A stretch of 63,233 nucleotides of DNA, the filler included, from Nemertoderma westbladi (lineage: Eukaryota > Animalia > Xenacoelomorpha), in assembly GCA_032718475.1 (NCBI GenBank). It is 4 parts of 4 records of this genome, joined end to end, with 100 filler letters (N's around TTAATTAATTAA, not from the genome) between each part and the next. Parts side by side here need not be neighbours in the genome. Positions count along the whole stretch, not along the records: positions 1 to 25,177 come from JAUCBJ010006939.1; 3 more parts are not named here. One strand, given 5' to 3'. Each line of letters begins with the position of its first letter. Positions within the stretch are counted from its first letter, which is position 1. The translations under genes were made by a program, and so were the position numbers. Below are positions 1 through 14,248 of this stretch, piece by piece. The notes beneath the pieces were generated by a model, which saw only the letters and a program-made list of their open reading frames with translations, was not told where the DNA came from and did no database searches.

Positions 1-2464
1 AAAAATCGAAGAATCTGTTGGTAACTACTGTATGTAGAAGTGCATATTTTATTTATGGTCTTTGTTTGTTCACATTTGGGGAAAATCACACAACATGTTG
101 CTATATTGTACTGTACAATCTTACTCCATATTGCTAAAAAAAATAACAGATTCAAAGTGATCCGCATAATTTATGCGGCACCTTTTTTGGTTGTATTATA
201 AAAATTATGTGGAATCAAAAACGTTTGGTTCGGGTAAATTGCGAATATGTTTTGGGTTTCTCTCTCTTTTTGTATATAAGGATAACATTGGGTGCTCATT
301 GACAATTACACTAGTGTTACAGGTAATTTGGTAATGTGTAATATTTCACAGCTGACAATATATTTTTCTAACACGCGGCCCATGGTGGCCCCTTGGAGAC
401 AGCGGCCCAGGCGCACCTGCACCCATTGCACCCCCTTAATCCGGGCCTGTTGCTGAGAGTGTGAGCGGGTGGATTGAGGGAGACCAATCCGCGATGATAG
501 ACGCTTTATTGCTTTCGTACTAGGCATTTATATTGGGCCTTCAAAGCAGAAACAAAATAAATAAATAAAACATACATACAGTATACAGTGGTTGGTTGGT
601 TGCGTGAATAGGAAATAACTATGGAAATGTTCGTATACGTGTAGCCGGAAACGTGGCGGAATTTCAACACGTATCCTACTGTTGGTTTGTTGATTTGTCG
701 ACAGCGGTCGTGGAGTTGGTAATCAATATAATATATGCTGTAGTTAGTGGCCACGTTGTTAGCATATACAGTATACAGTGGTTGGTTGCGTGGTGGTAAC
801 GTGGTGAAAAGGTGAATAACCGTAGGGTTAGGCAAACATCGTCGTTGATTGGTTGGTTGGTGGGTGGGTAACAGCTGTGGATTGAGTAGCGATGGGATGG
901 GGGCTAGCCATGCATTGTGAGGTTAGACTATGTGAAGATGAATATGCAATGGTTGGTGAAAAATTGCGATTTGAAAAATAGTAGATGTTACCTGATGCTA
1001 AGTGTAGACACCTCTAGCGTCTGTAAAATAAAGGTTGGTGATTGGATGCAGTACTAGCGTCGGGGGACTAATAACGCCTCTAGCGGAATAAGCGGGAACT
1101 TGAGAAGTTACCATGGTTACGGATGAAATGCTGACATCTGATTGGTTGAAATAATAACGACCACCGCAAAAGGTTGAAATGGTGGCTTCTGATTGGCTGC
1201 AGTACCAGAAATGGATGGTAATGATGGGCTACGGGTGACCATGTGCCCGTGTCATAGCATTGTATACTACTTATAGGGCCTTCAAAGCAGAAACAAAATA
1301 AATAAATAAAACACACATATGCATTTAACTAACATGCTAAACACAATTGTGTGTCACAAACCCAACCATAAACCTAACCGCCATACGTAGTAACTGCACA
1401 AAAACTAACACTTGTATTGTATTGTATTAAACTCTCCATAACATAATTAAACAACATAATGTATAACGATCATTTCTAAATACAGTAAATAACCACTAAA
1501 AGGTAACAGATATTTAGTTACTGTATGTTGTGAATAGGAGGGAGAAGCGGCCCTTACATGCCAAAACCGTCTTATGTAGTCAATTTTTTTCAAAAATGAC
1601 ATATGCATATATTTGGATTCAGAAAAACGAGGCGCATTTTTCTAGCCAAGTCTTAAGACGTAATTATGAAGTCATAATGAGTTATATTTTTGCCAAAACC
1701 GTCTATCTCATCATCAGCTGGCAATAATAGTAAATCCCAAAACCATCTATCTTTACTTGGATTGATTTGGGATTAAACACTAAGTTTGAATTTATTGTTT
1801 CCTTTATTTAAACCGTCTATCTGTCACTGTGAATTCTATTCTATCTGTGAATTCTATTCTATCTGTGTATTCCGGCCAGTTGTATTCCGTTGGATTCAAT
1901 ATCTAATAATTATTCATTTTTATTTGCCAAAACAGTCTATCTCTATGATCTACAATACAATAATGACTGTAAACTTGCCTAATAGCCTACAATTATGCTT
2001 TTACTGGTACCTAATTTTACTAGTTTCCTAAAATCTGGGTTATCCAACATCGCAAACGCCATTTATATAGCTACTGTATGTTAATTGTCGTACTGTAGTC
2101 CCTTTCTGGCACCCATCACCAATATTTTTCGTGCTCAAATTTTCAAAAGTTTTTATGGGTAACGAAAATAAATTTATTTGCGGTATATCGCGTTTTTTGG
2201 ATGTTGATGACGATTGTAGAAACTCAAATATAACATTCTAGAAAAATTTTTGAAATTTTTAATGTGCCCGTCCTGGGGCACGACAAAAACAGGTAGTGCA
2301 AATATGATATTGAAAAATCAGCATGAAATCAAGATTTATGACCTTTATTGAATATTTAATTTATTTTTTTGGGATGCTGATCACGAATCTGACACTGAAA
2401 TATATCGTAGGCCTACATTGTTGATTATCTTGCTTAAGGTAGTGGCAAGCCGACTAAGGGCGTC

Positions 2465-3211
2465 ACAATGATCCATTACAAGGGGTTGGTGGAACAGGAG
2501 TTTTTATAGCCCCGGAAGACAATTAAAAGATCATTTAAACAACGGCCTATATATTTTTCCCCGTTGGGTTATCGTCAGGGCCTGATTACTTAAAACAAAC
2601 TGGTAAAACTGCAAAAACACAAGAAACACCGGTACCACCGGTATGCAATGTAAATCAGTAAGGGACATCAGACTCATGACTGGCTAAACAGAACCTACAG
2701 TATGTATATCTCCAACACTACAAAAAATTATATAAATACAGTATATTTTTATAAGACAAATTTAAACAAACGCCCCCAACTATGATATAGGTTACGCTTA
2801 CATAATAACAGAATCAAATTATATTACTGTACAATAAATTAAATTGATCATGAGCACCTAATTTGCAGACTAAACGTAAATGAAAGTAACCTATATCATA
2901 GTTGGGGGCGTTTGTTTAGCTTTGTCTTATAAAAATATACTGTATTTATATAATTTTTTGGAGATATACGTACAGTAGGTTCTGTTTAGCCAGTCATGAG
3001 TCTGATGTCCCTTACTGCTTTACATTGCATACCGGTACCGGTGTTTTATACCTTTGTGTTTTTGCAGTTTTACCAGTTTGTTTTAAGTAATCAGGCCCTG
3101 ACGATACCCCAACGGGGAGAAATATATAGGCCGTTGTTTAAATTATCTTTTAATTGTCTTCCGAGGCTATAAAAACTCCTGTTCCACCAACCCCTTTTAA
3201 TGGATCATTGT
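2465..3211. mobile_element. Foldback/MITE with ~330-bp inverted arms and ~90-bp spacer
   Basis: 2465-2795 (acaatgatccatt...gatataggttac) is the near-exact reverse complement of 2886-3211 (gtaacctatatc...aatggatcattgt); no ORF. Confidence 0.85.
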
Positions 3212-4001
3212 TGATTATGGCTTTTTGGATATGTGGATATGTTGTGTGGCACGAAAAATATACGTATAGAACAATAAATTTGTTAATCAGAAATCATCCT
3301 TTTGTTAGGACATTGGGTGTTTTCTGAGACGCTGATCACGAATATGAGACTCAAAAACCTCGTATTATCTAACCAAATTCAATTTTTGGCATTTGTAATT
3401 TTTATGCAACAATTGCATCTTTCGTCCCAGACAAGCACCACTAACCCAGTAAAAAATCCCCATGCGCAACGCATTCGTGCCACATGCAGCATTCGTAAAA
3501 GGTGCGTGAAATGTTATTTAAGATTCGTGAAGCCTTCGTCAATGGTTCGTCAGTCCGAATAATTTAACGAATGCGTATAGTATTCGTATCGCATGTGAGA
3601 TTTCACTTGTAAATATATTCGTGGCTCATCATTCGTGGCGCATGCGATACGAATGCTTCCACTCCACACAAAAATAATTCGTGGTTCATTCGTTCGTGGC
3701 ACATGCGATACGAATGCTTCGCCGCAACACGCTTAAAATTATTCGTGGTCCATGCGAAACGCGTGCAAAGCATTCTCAATTAGAGTACCGTACATACTTT
3801 AATACTGGCCAATCACAATTAGGCAAATAATCGAACATAAGTGTTATTAGTTAGTAGCTCTCCCCCTTTGTTACCAGTCAGCCAGTCCCATGTACTTTAA
3901 CTACTGTATATACAGTATTTAATGGGTTGCCCAGTAATTCTTAACTCCCGTTTATTATTTTGGTTCCCCATTATTTTGGTATGTAAACCTGTTCCCTTTC
4001 C

Positions 4002-4280
4002 CAACATGCTTGATATACTGTAATAATGTAAAGGTAATGTACTGTAGGCTAGGTGAGATAAATAATGACAACTATTAACTTAAGGAACTACAGTATGTAG
4101 GCATACTTATAGTACAGTATGTAGGCACCCCCCCCCCCCCCCCCCCACCCCCCCCCTCCCGTAGTTTTAGCCCCTGTACAGTAGTACTCATTTCCCAAAG
4201 TTATTACAGTAGTTTTATGTTGTCATTATTTATCTCACCTGGCCTACAGTACAGTACCAAATACATATTATAAAGCATGT
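4002..4280. repeat. Small imperfect inverted repeat around a poly-C spacer
   Basis: tactgtaggctaggtgagataaataatgacaac (~4040) pairs with gttgtcattatttatctcacctggcctacagta (~4220-4251). Confidence 0.6.
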
Positions 4281-5086
4281 GGCATTTTTATTAAATTGTA
4301 CAGTGTACGTATGTATGGTGATATTTTCACACCGTTTCTTAGGCTTCCAGGTTGAATCTGTTTAATTCGGTATAAAACGCATTAAAAAGTCTACTGATAC
4401 ACTGTAGCAGTTAATTACGGGTAACTGCTACAGTAGGCCCTACACTTATTAATGGTAAAAAAATCTTACAGACAAAATACAGTCCCAATCCCAATAAGCA
4501 TAAAGGGGGGTAGGTATACCCCCCCCCCCCCCCCCCGCCCCTCAGGTAAAATTTTCAAATTATTGTTTCTTTCTCTCACCTAGAGCGCAGAATTTAATGA
4601 GGATTACAAATCTGAAAACCGCTTAGTGAGACTTCTTTCAGTTCTCGAGTTATCACTGTTTATCCGTATGACGGTCTAACCGTCAAATTGTAAGAAAGAC
4701 AGAAGACCGACAGACAGACAGATAGACTAGATTCCACCAAAAATTAAAACTGACATCGGAAATGAAATCAACGACCCCGAAACCCCCAGTAATGAACATT
4801 TTAGGTCGTTGGTGTGCATCATTCGTGCCAGAAATAATTAACCAACCAGAACACAGACAGCCAATTTTGGCGGGAGGTTTAAACTTTGAAGGGCATTTTC
4901 TCGGAATGACATTTTTCATTTTCAAATTACTACTCCTCCGTCATTTTTCAACCAATTTTCTTCGTTTATGGCTCATTCGAATAAGCTTTGGAAGCTCTCT
5001 AAAAGTTATCTTATGGAATTTTGATAAATATTACCATTTTTTCTAATTAGCCATTTTTAATTTAAAATATGATAATTGAATAATTA

Positions 5087-7888
5087 CCCAGTCAAAAATC
5101 CACATGCGATACGCATGCGGGTGACGCACCAAAACCGCATGCGGAGCGCATGCGCGTATGTCCGGTCGAAAAAGTGCGATATGCATGCGGACCGCAAGCG
5201 TGTCCGCATGCGGACCGCATGTGTCCGAATGTAGTCTGCATGCGGACCGCATGTGTGTACGAATGTGGTCCGCATGCGGACAAGCGTGTCCATATGCAGA
5301 CCTACAAATATCCACACGCAAATCCCTTACCGCACAGGTCCATGCCCATTACGCACTCCTACTGCCAATTTGCGTCGAGTCACATCTTAAAAAGGTTGCA
5401 TATATTATATACAGTCTAATATATGTCTGGTCATTTCTCAGTCGGTCTGTTTGGTAAAACTCCACTGTATGAATGTTATACATACAGTTTATCAATATGC
5501 ACTTGTTACGTTTTATAGGATGAAGGGCCTTATGCAATTGTAAATATTGTGCAGCTCGAAGGCTGACTAAGTCTAACGTTTTGACTAATAACTCGAGTTT
5601 AAGAAAAGATATGAGAAAGCTGCTTGCAGATTTGAAATCTCTATTAAATTCGGCGCATGCACACGATAGGATTGGAAATTTGTTTGACAATTTCCAAACA
5701 TTCCCACCCCCACCCCAGTGTTGAGTGTTCCTTGGCGCTGAACTTGATTGGTTGGGAAGGCCGCAAATTGCCGCTAAAGATGTCCAAATGAAATTTTGAA
5801 TAATAATTCAAGCACAGAGTGATACATTAACACTTCGCACCATATTGTATTGGGTCTAAACTCTACACCGACAACCATTATTAAAGCGAATTAATAATGT
5901 TATTTATTAATTGAGGGAAAGGAACAGGTTACAGTGGAAGGTTATTCTAAAAAAACAATGAACGAGAGTCACAAACTCAGGTTACATTTTCATATTTGCT
6001 GTTGTCGGCAGTGGTTGTCGGCTGTCGGCGTAGTGATTAAACCCTACCATATTGTAGTTTGTTAGAGAGCGTTATATACCTCTTAATGAATCAAAGCCAA
6101 TACCTCAAATGTGCAGTAATAATTTGAACTCCAAATGAGCGACGGGTAAGGGAGGGGGGTCTATCGACACAAATTCCACCTGGACGAAGAAATAATGAAG
6201 TTAATGGGAATCGAACGAGTACAATGACAATATCTTATAACCAAAACAGTAACAGGTCTTTCAATTATTGCTCGTTATAAAAACAAGTTACCAACAAAAA
6301 ATGTTACAAAATAGTTTTATTAGGATTAGGAACTTGAACAAAATACTCAAAACAAAACATTTTTATTTTAACCTTATTTAATCAGAACTGTACACTCGAA
6401 TTTGCTTTCGTCGCTTGATCATGTCTTTTTTAGATATTAGTGTAATCTTCCTTTTCCTTCCCTTAATAATTTCCTCGCCGCCTCCGTCATTACGTCCTCC
6501 CTCTCCAGCCTCCTGCCTCCGTCTGAGCGCCACCACTACGTCCTCCCTCTCCAGCCTCCTTCTGCTAGGCTACGCTAGGCTGTCTGTTCTGTCTGTCATT
6601 GACATCTCACCTTCCTCAGTTCAGCAGTTCCTGCTTTCAGACCTTGTAATTGTTCCTGTGCTGAGCAGTGCAGTTCACGGTGCGAATTACCGGTACTGAC
6701 TGACTGAATTACAGTGAATACCGGTATAAACAAATTTAAAATCTTCCGGCAGTCCGGTATCTTCTGTCTTCCAGTCTTCGGCGTACATCTGCTGATCTGT
6801 CTCTGTCTGTACATTGCACATTGTGCAAAATACGCCGAGTTGCCGAGTTGCCGAGCCGCGAGCCAGCCAGGCAGCGTATTTACTTACATCATGGCTTCCG
6901 CGTAATTGCAATAATACGCAGCGTATCTTCCCTTCCGCGTAAATTCGGCTGTTCGGAGAAATTCCAGTCTGGCCTACCAGTCTACCGCACTACAGGCAAA
7001 CCGGGTACAGGCACACAGGCTGACAGGCCTATTTTATTATTTTGCATGTTAGTTTTACCTGACTGCCTGATGACAGGCAGACAGGTCAGCCACCAGCCGG
7101 TACCATTACATGCAGACATGTGCTTTACTGCATTAGCAGATTAGGGCATTACCTGGATTGGCCTACAACGATAGCAGAATACAGGAATAGGGCTGCAGGG
7201 AGCAGATAGCTTACTGCATACTGCAGTACTGGTAAATCTGACCTAGCTCAGGAGAAGCTAGAGATAAAATAGCTGACAGCCTGATTTTCCCGCCAAAACC
7301 ATGATTTGTTTAGAAGACAACCAAATCCTTAATTTAAAAATCCTGAATTTCCATTGGCAGATAGGCTAATTACGATTTTTCTTAGAAGTGAAGGCTGCTC
7401 CTGTGTTGATTTATTATGGTGCAGGTTAACTGGCAGAATAACGTCATACAAGAGGCTGACTGAATTATAAAATTGAATTATGCATCCAATCCTTGCGTGT
7501 CTCAGCTCGCAGGAACTATTCCGTAATTCAATTTCGAACGAAAATTAATAAAACGAAATAAATGATATTTAATAATAATTATGGTAGATTTATGATATTA
7601 AGGTGAATTATATCACTTTTTAAAATTTATAAAAATTTGAATCACGCATCCAATCCGCATGCGTATCGCATGCACAAGTCCGCACTACAATATTGCACCT
7701 AAATTAATAAAATGCAATAAATGACATTATATTTGAATAATTATGGTAGATTCATGATTTTAACATGAATTATATCATTTTTTAAAATTTCTAAAAAATG
7801 TTTAAAATTTATAAAAAATTTAATTCCGCATCCAATCCACATCCCGCATGCCCCACGCATGTGGATCGCATGCGTGTTTTTGACTGGG
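5087..7888. mobile_element. Non-autonomous CCCAG-type (animal EnSpm/CACTA-like) DNA transposon
   Basis: Termini CCCAGTCAAAAA...TTTTTGACTGGG with TA on both sides; subterminal gcatgcggaccgcat repeats (5105-5290, ~7650-7875); a related left end lies at ~3445. Confidence 0.75.
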
Positions 7889-8333
7889 TAAATTAATTAA
7901 TTAAAATAAAATTGGCTAATTAAAAATTCTATAAGATAACTTTTGTAGAGTCGATCACGCTGAGTCCAAAAAAGTTGGTTTCAAGAAATTAGGACCGAAA
8001 TTGAGGGACTAGTAGCAATTTTAGTGAAATCTTTAATTCCGCCGCCAGCCGCTAGGGGGAGGCTACAAATTTTCAAATTTTACTATAAAGGCTATTTGGC
8101 CTTCCATACAGTGGTTGACCATGACAAATAAGCAATATTATCATTTAACACTAATTGACAGCCATTTTAAAAAAAGATTCATTGGGGGTATACCCCCCCC
8201 CCCCCTTAACTTGGTCATTTTATTATTATTATTATTATTATTTAATTTATTTCAGGCCCGATGGCCCATAAAAACGTACTGTGGGGCGAGCCACGAAGTG
8301 AGTGAGCCTTAGCGTAGGGGTACCATTAATTAA

Positions 8334-8834
8334 CCCTATCCATACCGGGGGGGGGGGGGGGAGACTTTTGGAAACGCACTTTATTTGATTGCTTGGTTCA
8401 AAGCCAAACCACATTTATTGCAAGTGAAATTCCGTTACTTTTCCTAAAATTTATTATTCTTTATCTTAAAACAAAAATTAATTTCATATTATTATTTATG
8501 ACCATGGAAATGACACGTAAACTGACCTGTCTCTGAAACTGTCATATTATTGCTGAACTATTGTAGGAGGGAAATTTAAAATTCAATCAATTTAATATCA
8601 ATTTAAAGTTAATTTAAACATAATTATAGTATATAAATTTTATATTTGAGCATTAGTGTGTGGCATATTTGAATAGAGGAATAAATTTTGTATCTAAAAC
8701 TTTTTACTTTAAAGTAATATCATCACACCACACAAAGTTATATGCTTCCAAACTTTACGTCTCCAAAAGTCCCCCCCCCCCCCCCCCCCCCCCCCGGTAA
8801 TTTGAGCGTCTAAAGTACCCTGGTATGGATAGGG
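8334..8834. mobile_element. piggyBac-like MITE inserted in copy 1
   Basis: TIR ccctatccatacc / ggtatggataggg; flanked by TTAA and TTAG; absent from copy 2. Confidence 0.75.
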
Positions 8835-9669
8835 TTAGATCGTTCTGTCGTTCTGTCGCGTTTTTTTTCAGAATTTTATTTTAAACGTTAATACTGTAGC
8901 TCGGCCAATCCTTGATGAAATCTATCCAGACTTGGTACACATGTTGTTTGGCAAAAGTTTGAAAATTTTCCAAGTAGAATTTGCGTGGGGCCTTCGTGCA
9001 GCATCAGTGTAACTGTTATTGCAGTTATAATAAATTTATTTATCCAAAATTAAAATGCGTTAAATTATTATTACTGTAGGATAAATCAGCTGGGTTTCTG
9101 ACAAATTTTGCAATACATTGGGGCTGTCGGCCAATCTGCATGTACCGGTACTGTTAGGCTGTACTCAATACCTGAATCGAGAATCCTGCAATCAGTCAAT
9201 ACTGCAACACTGGTCAGCCGGTACCATACACTGCAGACATGCCATATCATGTTATGTAATTAAACATGGCCCCGGCAACCCTTGCGGTGATTATAGTTTA
9301 GGCCTAATTAGCCCAGTACCGGTACCGGTAATAATAGCCTAATATAATAGTTTAGATAGTTACCGCTAATCATTCAGTCATTGGCACGGTACACCGTATT
9401 GCTGTACTGCCGTTGTAGTGCGCACCGTAGGTACCACCCTACTACCGGTACCGGCTGACCGGTGGCAACTAGCACTTCAGCACTTGCACAGCAACAGCAC
9501 TACCGGCGATACACAGGTTGGAATTTATGTAGAGTTTGCTCGACAGTAGGCCTACAGATATAAAATAGTTATCTAAATTATATATATTACTATTGACAAG
9601 TATTGAAATATATACCGTTATTCGTGTTATCAGTATTTGCAACATCTGACATTGAAGAGGTGAGAGAAG

Positions 9670-10128
9670 ATGAATACTGGTACTCAACAAAACCAACGCT
9701 TATCACAGGTCGGTATGGTTACCTCGAAACCGGCGCGACTGTCCACTCGAATACAACTTCAAAACACAAACGCCAACAATAAACTGAAAGCGAATCGAAC
9801 GTCTTCAGAATAATCTGTCATTGGGACGAAGAAAAGGAAGCCGAAACCACGGGAATGGACCACAGCTAAGATTGAATGCTCCCATTGTCAGAGTTCCTGG
9901 ACCGAAATTGAAACACCAATTGCCGATGGGCTTGATCTCTCAAACCAAAACTTCCTCTGCGGGGTTTGCGCGGCAGTAAAGATTGAAAGTCTGGAAGCTG
10001 GCATCCCTAGGTATTATTATTATAAAGAGCGTCAGCCTGCGTTTAATAAATATATTTTAATACAAAACAGGTCGAACGCAAAGAGTCTTATAATGATGAC
10101 GAGTACTGCATTGATTGTATTCCTATAA
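9670..10128 (+). pseudogene. Disrupted copy of the CxxC-CxxC ORF
   Basis: Colinear with 13790-14248 but codon 48 GAA>TAA at 9811-9813. Confidence 0.6.
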
Positions 10129-11687
10129 ACCACCTGACTTTGCATATTGAACGTGCGTTTGGAAATAAGTTCGTGCTACCCTTCCGTGGGTGGTAGATGT
10201 CGCGGTTATGTATTGGTGGGTGGGGGGGGGGGGGGGGGGGGGGGGTGCAGATTAAAAGGGGTGAACACGTACTGTCCCCCTTTCTTTGATTAATTGGTGG
10301 TGTGGGTTAATCTCTCATAACCTGATTTTGTGATACAGTCGCACAATTTTAATTTGTATCTCATAACTGGGCCTCGTGCTGCGCGAAGGCCCCACGAACG
10401 TGTACTATAATTATCTTATCACACGGTAAACAAAAGTATAAAGCACAAAGAAATGTATATAGCTATGTACAAAAGATGGCCTAAATGTAATTGTACTTTA
10501 TTATAAATTGAACACACCGTAATATTTAACCAATATTATTACGCCCACCTAGCGTTGATACGCATCTCACGTATCCGGGAGTTACCCAAATTACTAGTCA
10601 CTCTAATCGACTCTAATTTTTAATTTTGGAGTGGCGTAATTAAGTTTCGGTCAAGGAGTAGAATGAAAGCAGTTAATATCAAGGAGCTTGAAAGAGGGGA
10701 AGACTGGGCTAGCAGCGGTGCCCTTGAACATGAAAACTGTTGTACCTGCCTGTTTTAAACCGACTTGCGCGTGGGACCAGCCCATTATTTTAGTAAGGTC
10801 GGTATTTATCTTTATCCCGCCGCTCTCCTTTGTATTACAATAACAGAAAGATAACCAATGGTCTACTCCCAGTGCTGGAAAGACAGGCTGGCACCATTGA
10901 AATGAATTGGCAAAGGCATTTTGTGTTACATCCTAATGTCTGTGTCGTCTTGGCTTGGCTAAGCTTAAACAGAGCCATACAATAGAGCTTTACCTAAATA
11001 CACTTCCAATGAACCGAGCAGTAGCTTGGCGGGTTAGCTCCAAAATGCCCATGTGGGGCGAGCCACGAAGTGAGTGAGCCTTAGCGTAGGGGTACCATTA
11101 ATCAACCTGTCGTTCTGTCGTTCTGTCGCGTTTTTTTTCAGTATTTTATTTTAAACGTTAATAACTCGGCCAATCCTTGATGAAATCTATCCAAACTTGG
11201 TACACATGTTGTTTGGCAAAAGTTTGAAAATTTTCCAAGTAGAATTTGCGTGGGGTCTTCGTGCAGCATCAGTGTAACTGTTATTGCAGTTATAATAAAT
11301 TTATTTACCCAAATTTAAAATGCGTTAAATTATTATTACTGTAGGATAAATCAGCTGGGTGTTGTCTGCATGTACCATGTGTACCGGTACTGTCAGGCTG
11401 TACTCAATCCCTGAATCGAGAATCCTGCAATCCGTCAATACTGCAATACTGGTCAGCCGGTACCATACACTGCAGACATGCCATATCATGTAATCTAATT
11501 AACCCCGGCAACCCTTGCAGTGATTAAAGTTTAGGCCTAATTAGCCCAGTACCGGCACCGGTAATAATAATATAATAGTTTAGATAGTTACCGGTACCGC
11601 TAATCATTCAGTCATTGCTGCATTGGCACGGTACACCGTATTGCTGTACTGCCGTTGTCAGTTGTAGTGCGCACCGTAGGTACCACC

Positions 11688-13556
11688 CATGGCCTACTAC
11701 ACACAGGCCATGATACAAGGACTTTGCTGTGAAATTAGCGTAGGCTGACTGTGCTGATTATCAGATTATGGTACTGTGGTACAAGCTATATACTGTTAGG
11801 TATACTGCTGTATTGGGGTGGGGTTAGGAATAATCCATTTGTTTTAGCATTTAATCCCCTTATTTATTATAAAACCATTGGAAATATTCGCAAATGCCGC
11901 TCCATTCTGCCATTACTGTCTGAAACGCTCCTGACAGTCCGATGTATCTGGACCCGAGCAGCCGAGTTGCTTCAAGAGGTGATTAACGGGGGAATACTAC
12001 GCAGTGCTACGGAATTGCTTGTTTGTCAGTACGATTCTATTTGGGTATTTACTACACTCAGACACTGGGAATACGGCGGTCGGTCAGATCGTAATGCGGG
12101 CCACTGCCAAGTTCCTCATGCCTCACTCCGGTCACCCACCTTGGAGTGCGGTGGGAAGAGTCCCACTTACTGACTTACGTCGACGACTGGACGAATCGAC
12201 GAGGATTGCGATCTGGGTTTAGCGGCGGCCCGGATCCTGGTATCGCCTGGGGGAAATGGTTGAACGTCGGGCATACTTGTATCGCACTGGATTACGTTCT
12301 CTGCGACGTGAAAGTGTGAAGCGAATTCGTTGTCGAATTGGGTCGAAAGCTGCGGGAATTCTACTGTTCTACGGGAGTAAACCGCAGCGGTCCGGTGACT
12401 ACGGACGGATACTACTGGGATAAGCAGGTATTTCGATCGAGTTTCTCGTATTCTCGATGCTCGACAGCTCGAGGCGGATAGAGAGTTGGTTGTGTTGGAC
12501 GGTGTTGTTCAATTATATCAAACGTATTAAATAATTGGTAAAATAATAAAAACACACCAGATAAAGATACTGAGCTTATGGTAAAGAGATAGGCCGAACT
12601 TACAATTTCCAAATAGATTGTTCATATAATAAATATATTTTTGGTATTTGATTTCAAGATAGGGGGGGGGGGGGGGGGGGGGGACTGGACGCAATAAAAA
12701 TTAATCCCTCTCCAGGGGAAATTGGACGCAAATAACAACAGCTGATTACTCTCAAAAATAAAACTGTAACCTGTTCTATTGTGTTTACTTTATTGTTTTG
12801 GTTAAAATAACGTGCCACTGTAACCTGCTCCTTTCCCAAAATTGAGAAATTAATATTGAGGCGGGATATTAATTCGCCAAGATGGGATTTGCGTCCAGTC
12901 CCACCCCCCTCCTATCTCTTGATTTTACTAAAAAATAGAATACATTGCATTTTACTGTTATAATTACTGTATTGAATAAAATAATTAATTTATTGTTTAT
13001 TAAACCGTGCTAAGCACGTTGAACTGGAGCTTTAACAATTCCCCACTAGCGGCAGACAGGAACTGTAAAAGTCTCTGTAGAATTTCTAATTAAGCAATGC
13101 TCTTAGGTAACTACTACTAAATTTCAGATGAATCTGATCGTTGGTTCTATAATTACAGCTATTTTTACGTTTCTGTTAATTCGCCCCCTAGCGGCAGACA
13201 GGGGAACTGTAGAAGTCTGTCTGTGTGTAGAATTTCAAAATTTTTTATAGACTACATGTGTACCAAGTTTGGTTCCATTTCATCCTTGATTGACTGACTT
13301 ATAAGCGTTCAAACATTCCTGCCACAAACATAGCCAGAGGCAGCCACAAACAAATAAAAGCTGCAGGAACTCTAGCGATAATTAATTAATTAATTATTAA
13401 ATACTGTTTCAATTAAATTACTTACGAAAATCTAGTCATCTTCTTTTAAATATGGACCCTGCATTCGTGGAAAATATAATATTTGATAATTCAGCAGTCA
13501 GCCTACGCTAATTTCACAGCAAAGTCCTTGTCATGGCCTGTGTGTAGTAGGCCATG
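11688..13556. mobile_element. Non-autonomous P-element-like (or hAT) transposon
   Basis: ~65-75-bp TIR catggcctactacacacaggccatg...; perfect 8-bp TSD GTACCACC (11680-11687, 13557-13564); the empty site is visible in copy 1 at ~9430. Confidence 0.85.
12655..12920. mobile_element. MITE (family also at ~32100-32310 in the opposite orientation)
   Basis: TIR agatagggg..gactggacgcaa / ttgcgtccagtc..cctatct; body matches the reverse complement of 32100-32310. Confidence 0.7.
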
Positions 13557-13789
13557 GTACCACCCTACTACCGGTACCGGCTGACCGGTGGCAACTAGCA
13601 CTTCAGCACTTGCACAGCAACAGCACTACCGGCGATACACAGGTTGGAATTTATGTAGAGTTTGCTCAACAGTACAGATATAAAATAGTTATCTAAATTA
13701 TATATATTACTATTGACAAGTATTGAAATATATACCGTTATTCGTGTTATCAGTATTTGCAACATCTGACATTGAAGAGGTGAGAGAAG

Positions 13790-14248
13790 ATGAATACCGG
13801 CACTCAACAAAACCAACGCTTATCACAGGTCGGTATGGTTACCTCGAAACCGGCGCGACTGTCCACTCGAATACAACTTCAAAACACAAACGCCAACAAT
13901 AAACTGAAAGCGAATCGAACGTCTTCAGAAGAATCTGTCATTGGGACGAAGAAAAGGAAGCCGAAACCACGGGAATGGACCACAGCTAAGATTGAATGCT
14001 CCCATTGTCAGAGTTCCTGGACCGAAATTGAAACACCAATTGCCGATGGGCTTGATCTCTCAAACCAAAACTTCCTCTGCGGGGTTTGCGTGGCAGTAAA
14101 GATTGAAAGTCTGGAAGCTGGCATCCCTAGGTATTATTATTATAAAGAGCGTCAGCCTGCGTTTAATAAATATATTTTAATACAAAACAGGTCGAACGCA
14201 AAGAGGCTTATAATGAAGACGAGTACTGCATTGATTATATTCCTATAA
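13790..14248 (+). CDS. 152-aa ORF with basic NLS-like patch and CxxC...CxxC (partial PHD-like), resembling a LINE ORF1 N-terminus carried in the element
   Basis: KKRKPKPR, CSHC...CGVC followed by KIESLE; expression unproven. Confidence 0.35.
   Translation: MNTGTQQNQRLSQVGMVTSKPARLSTRIQLQNTNANNKLKANRTSSEESVIGTKKRKPKPREWTTAKIECSHCQSSWTEIETPIADGLDLSNQNFLCGVCVAVKIESLEAGIPRYYYYKERQPAFNKYILIQNRSNAKRLIMKTSTALIIFL

Larger units (their letters stand above)
8280..10404 (+). mobile_element. Helentron-associated (HINE/DINE-1-like) element, copy 1
   Basis: Near-identical to 11052-14521; starts tgtggggcgagccacgaag, has a ctgtcgtt microsatellite and an aacttggtacacatgtt-type core, ends ggcctcgtgctgcgcgaaggccccacg; no TSD; class inferred from architecture. 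Confidence 0.6.

Noticed and set aside
535-1312. 38-bp direct repeat (535-572, 1276-1312) as possible LTR pair
   Set aside because: Too short, no TG..CA ends and no coding interior; likely a local duplication.
5043-5457. Stack of overlapping His/Cys-rich ORFs
   Set aside because: Arise from stop-free subterminal repeats of the CCCAG element.
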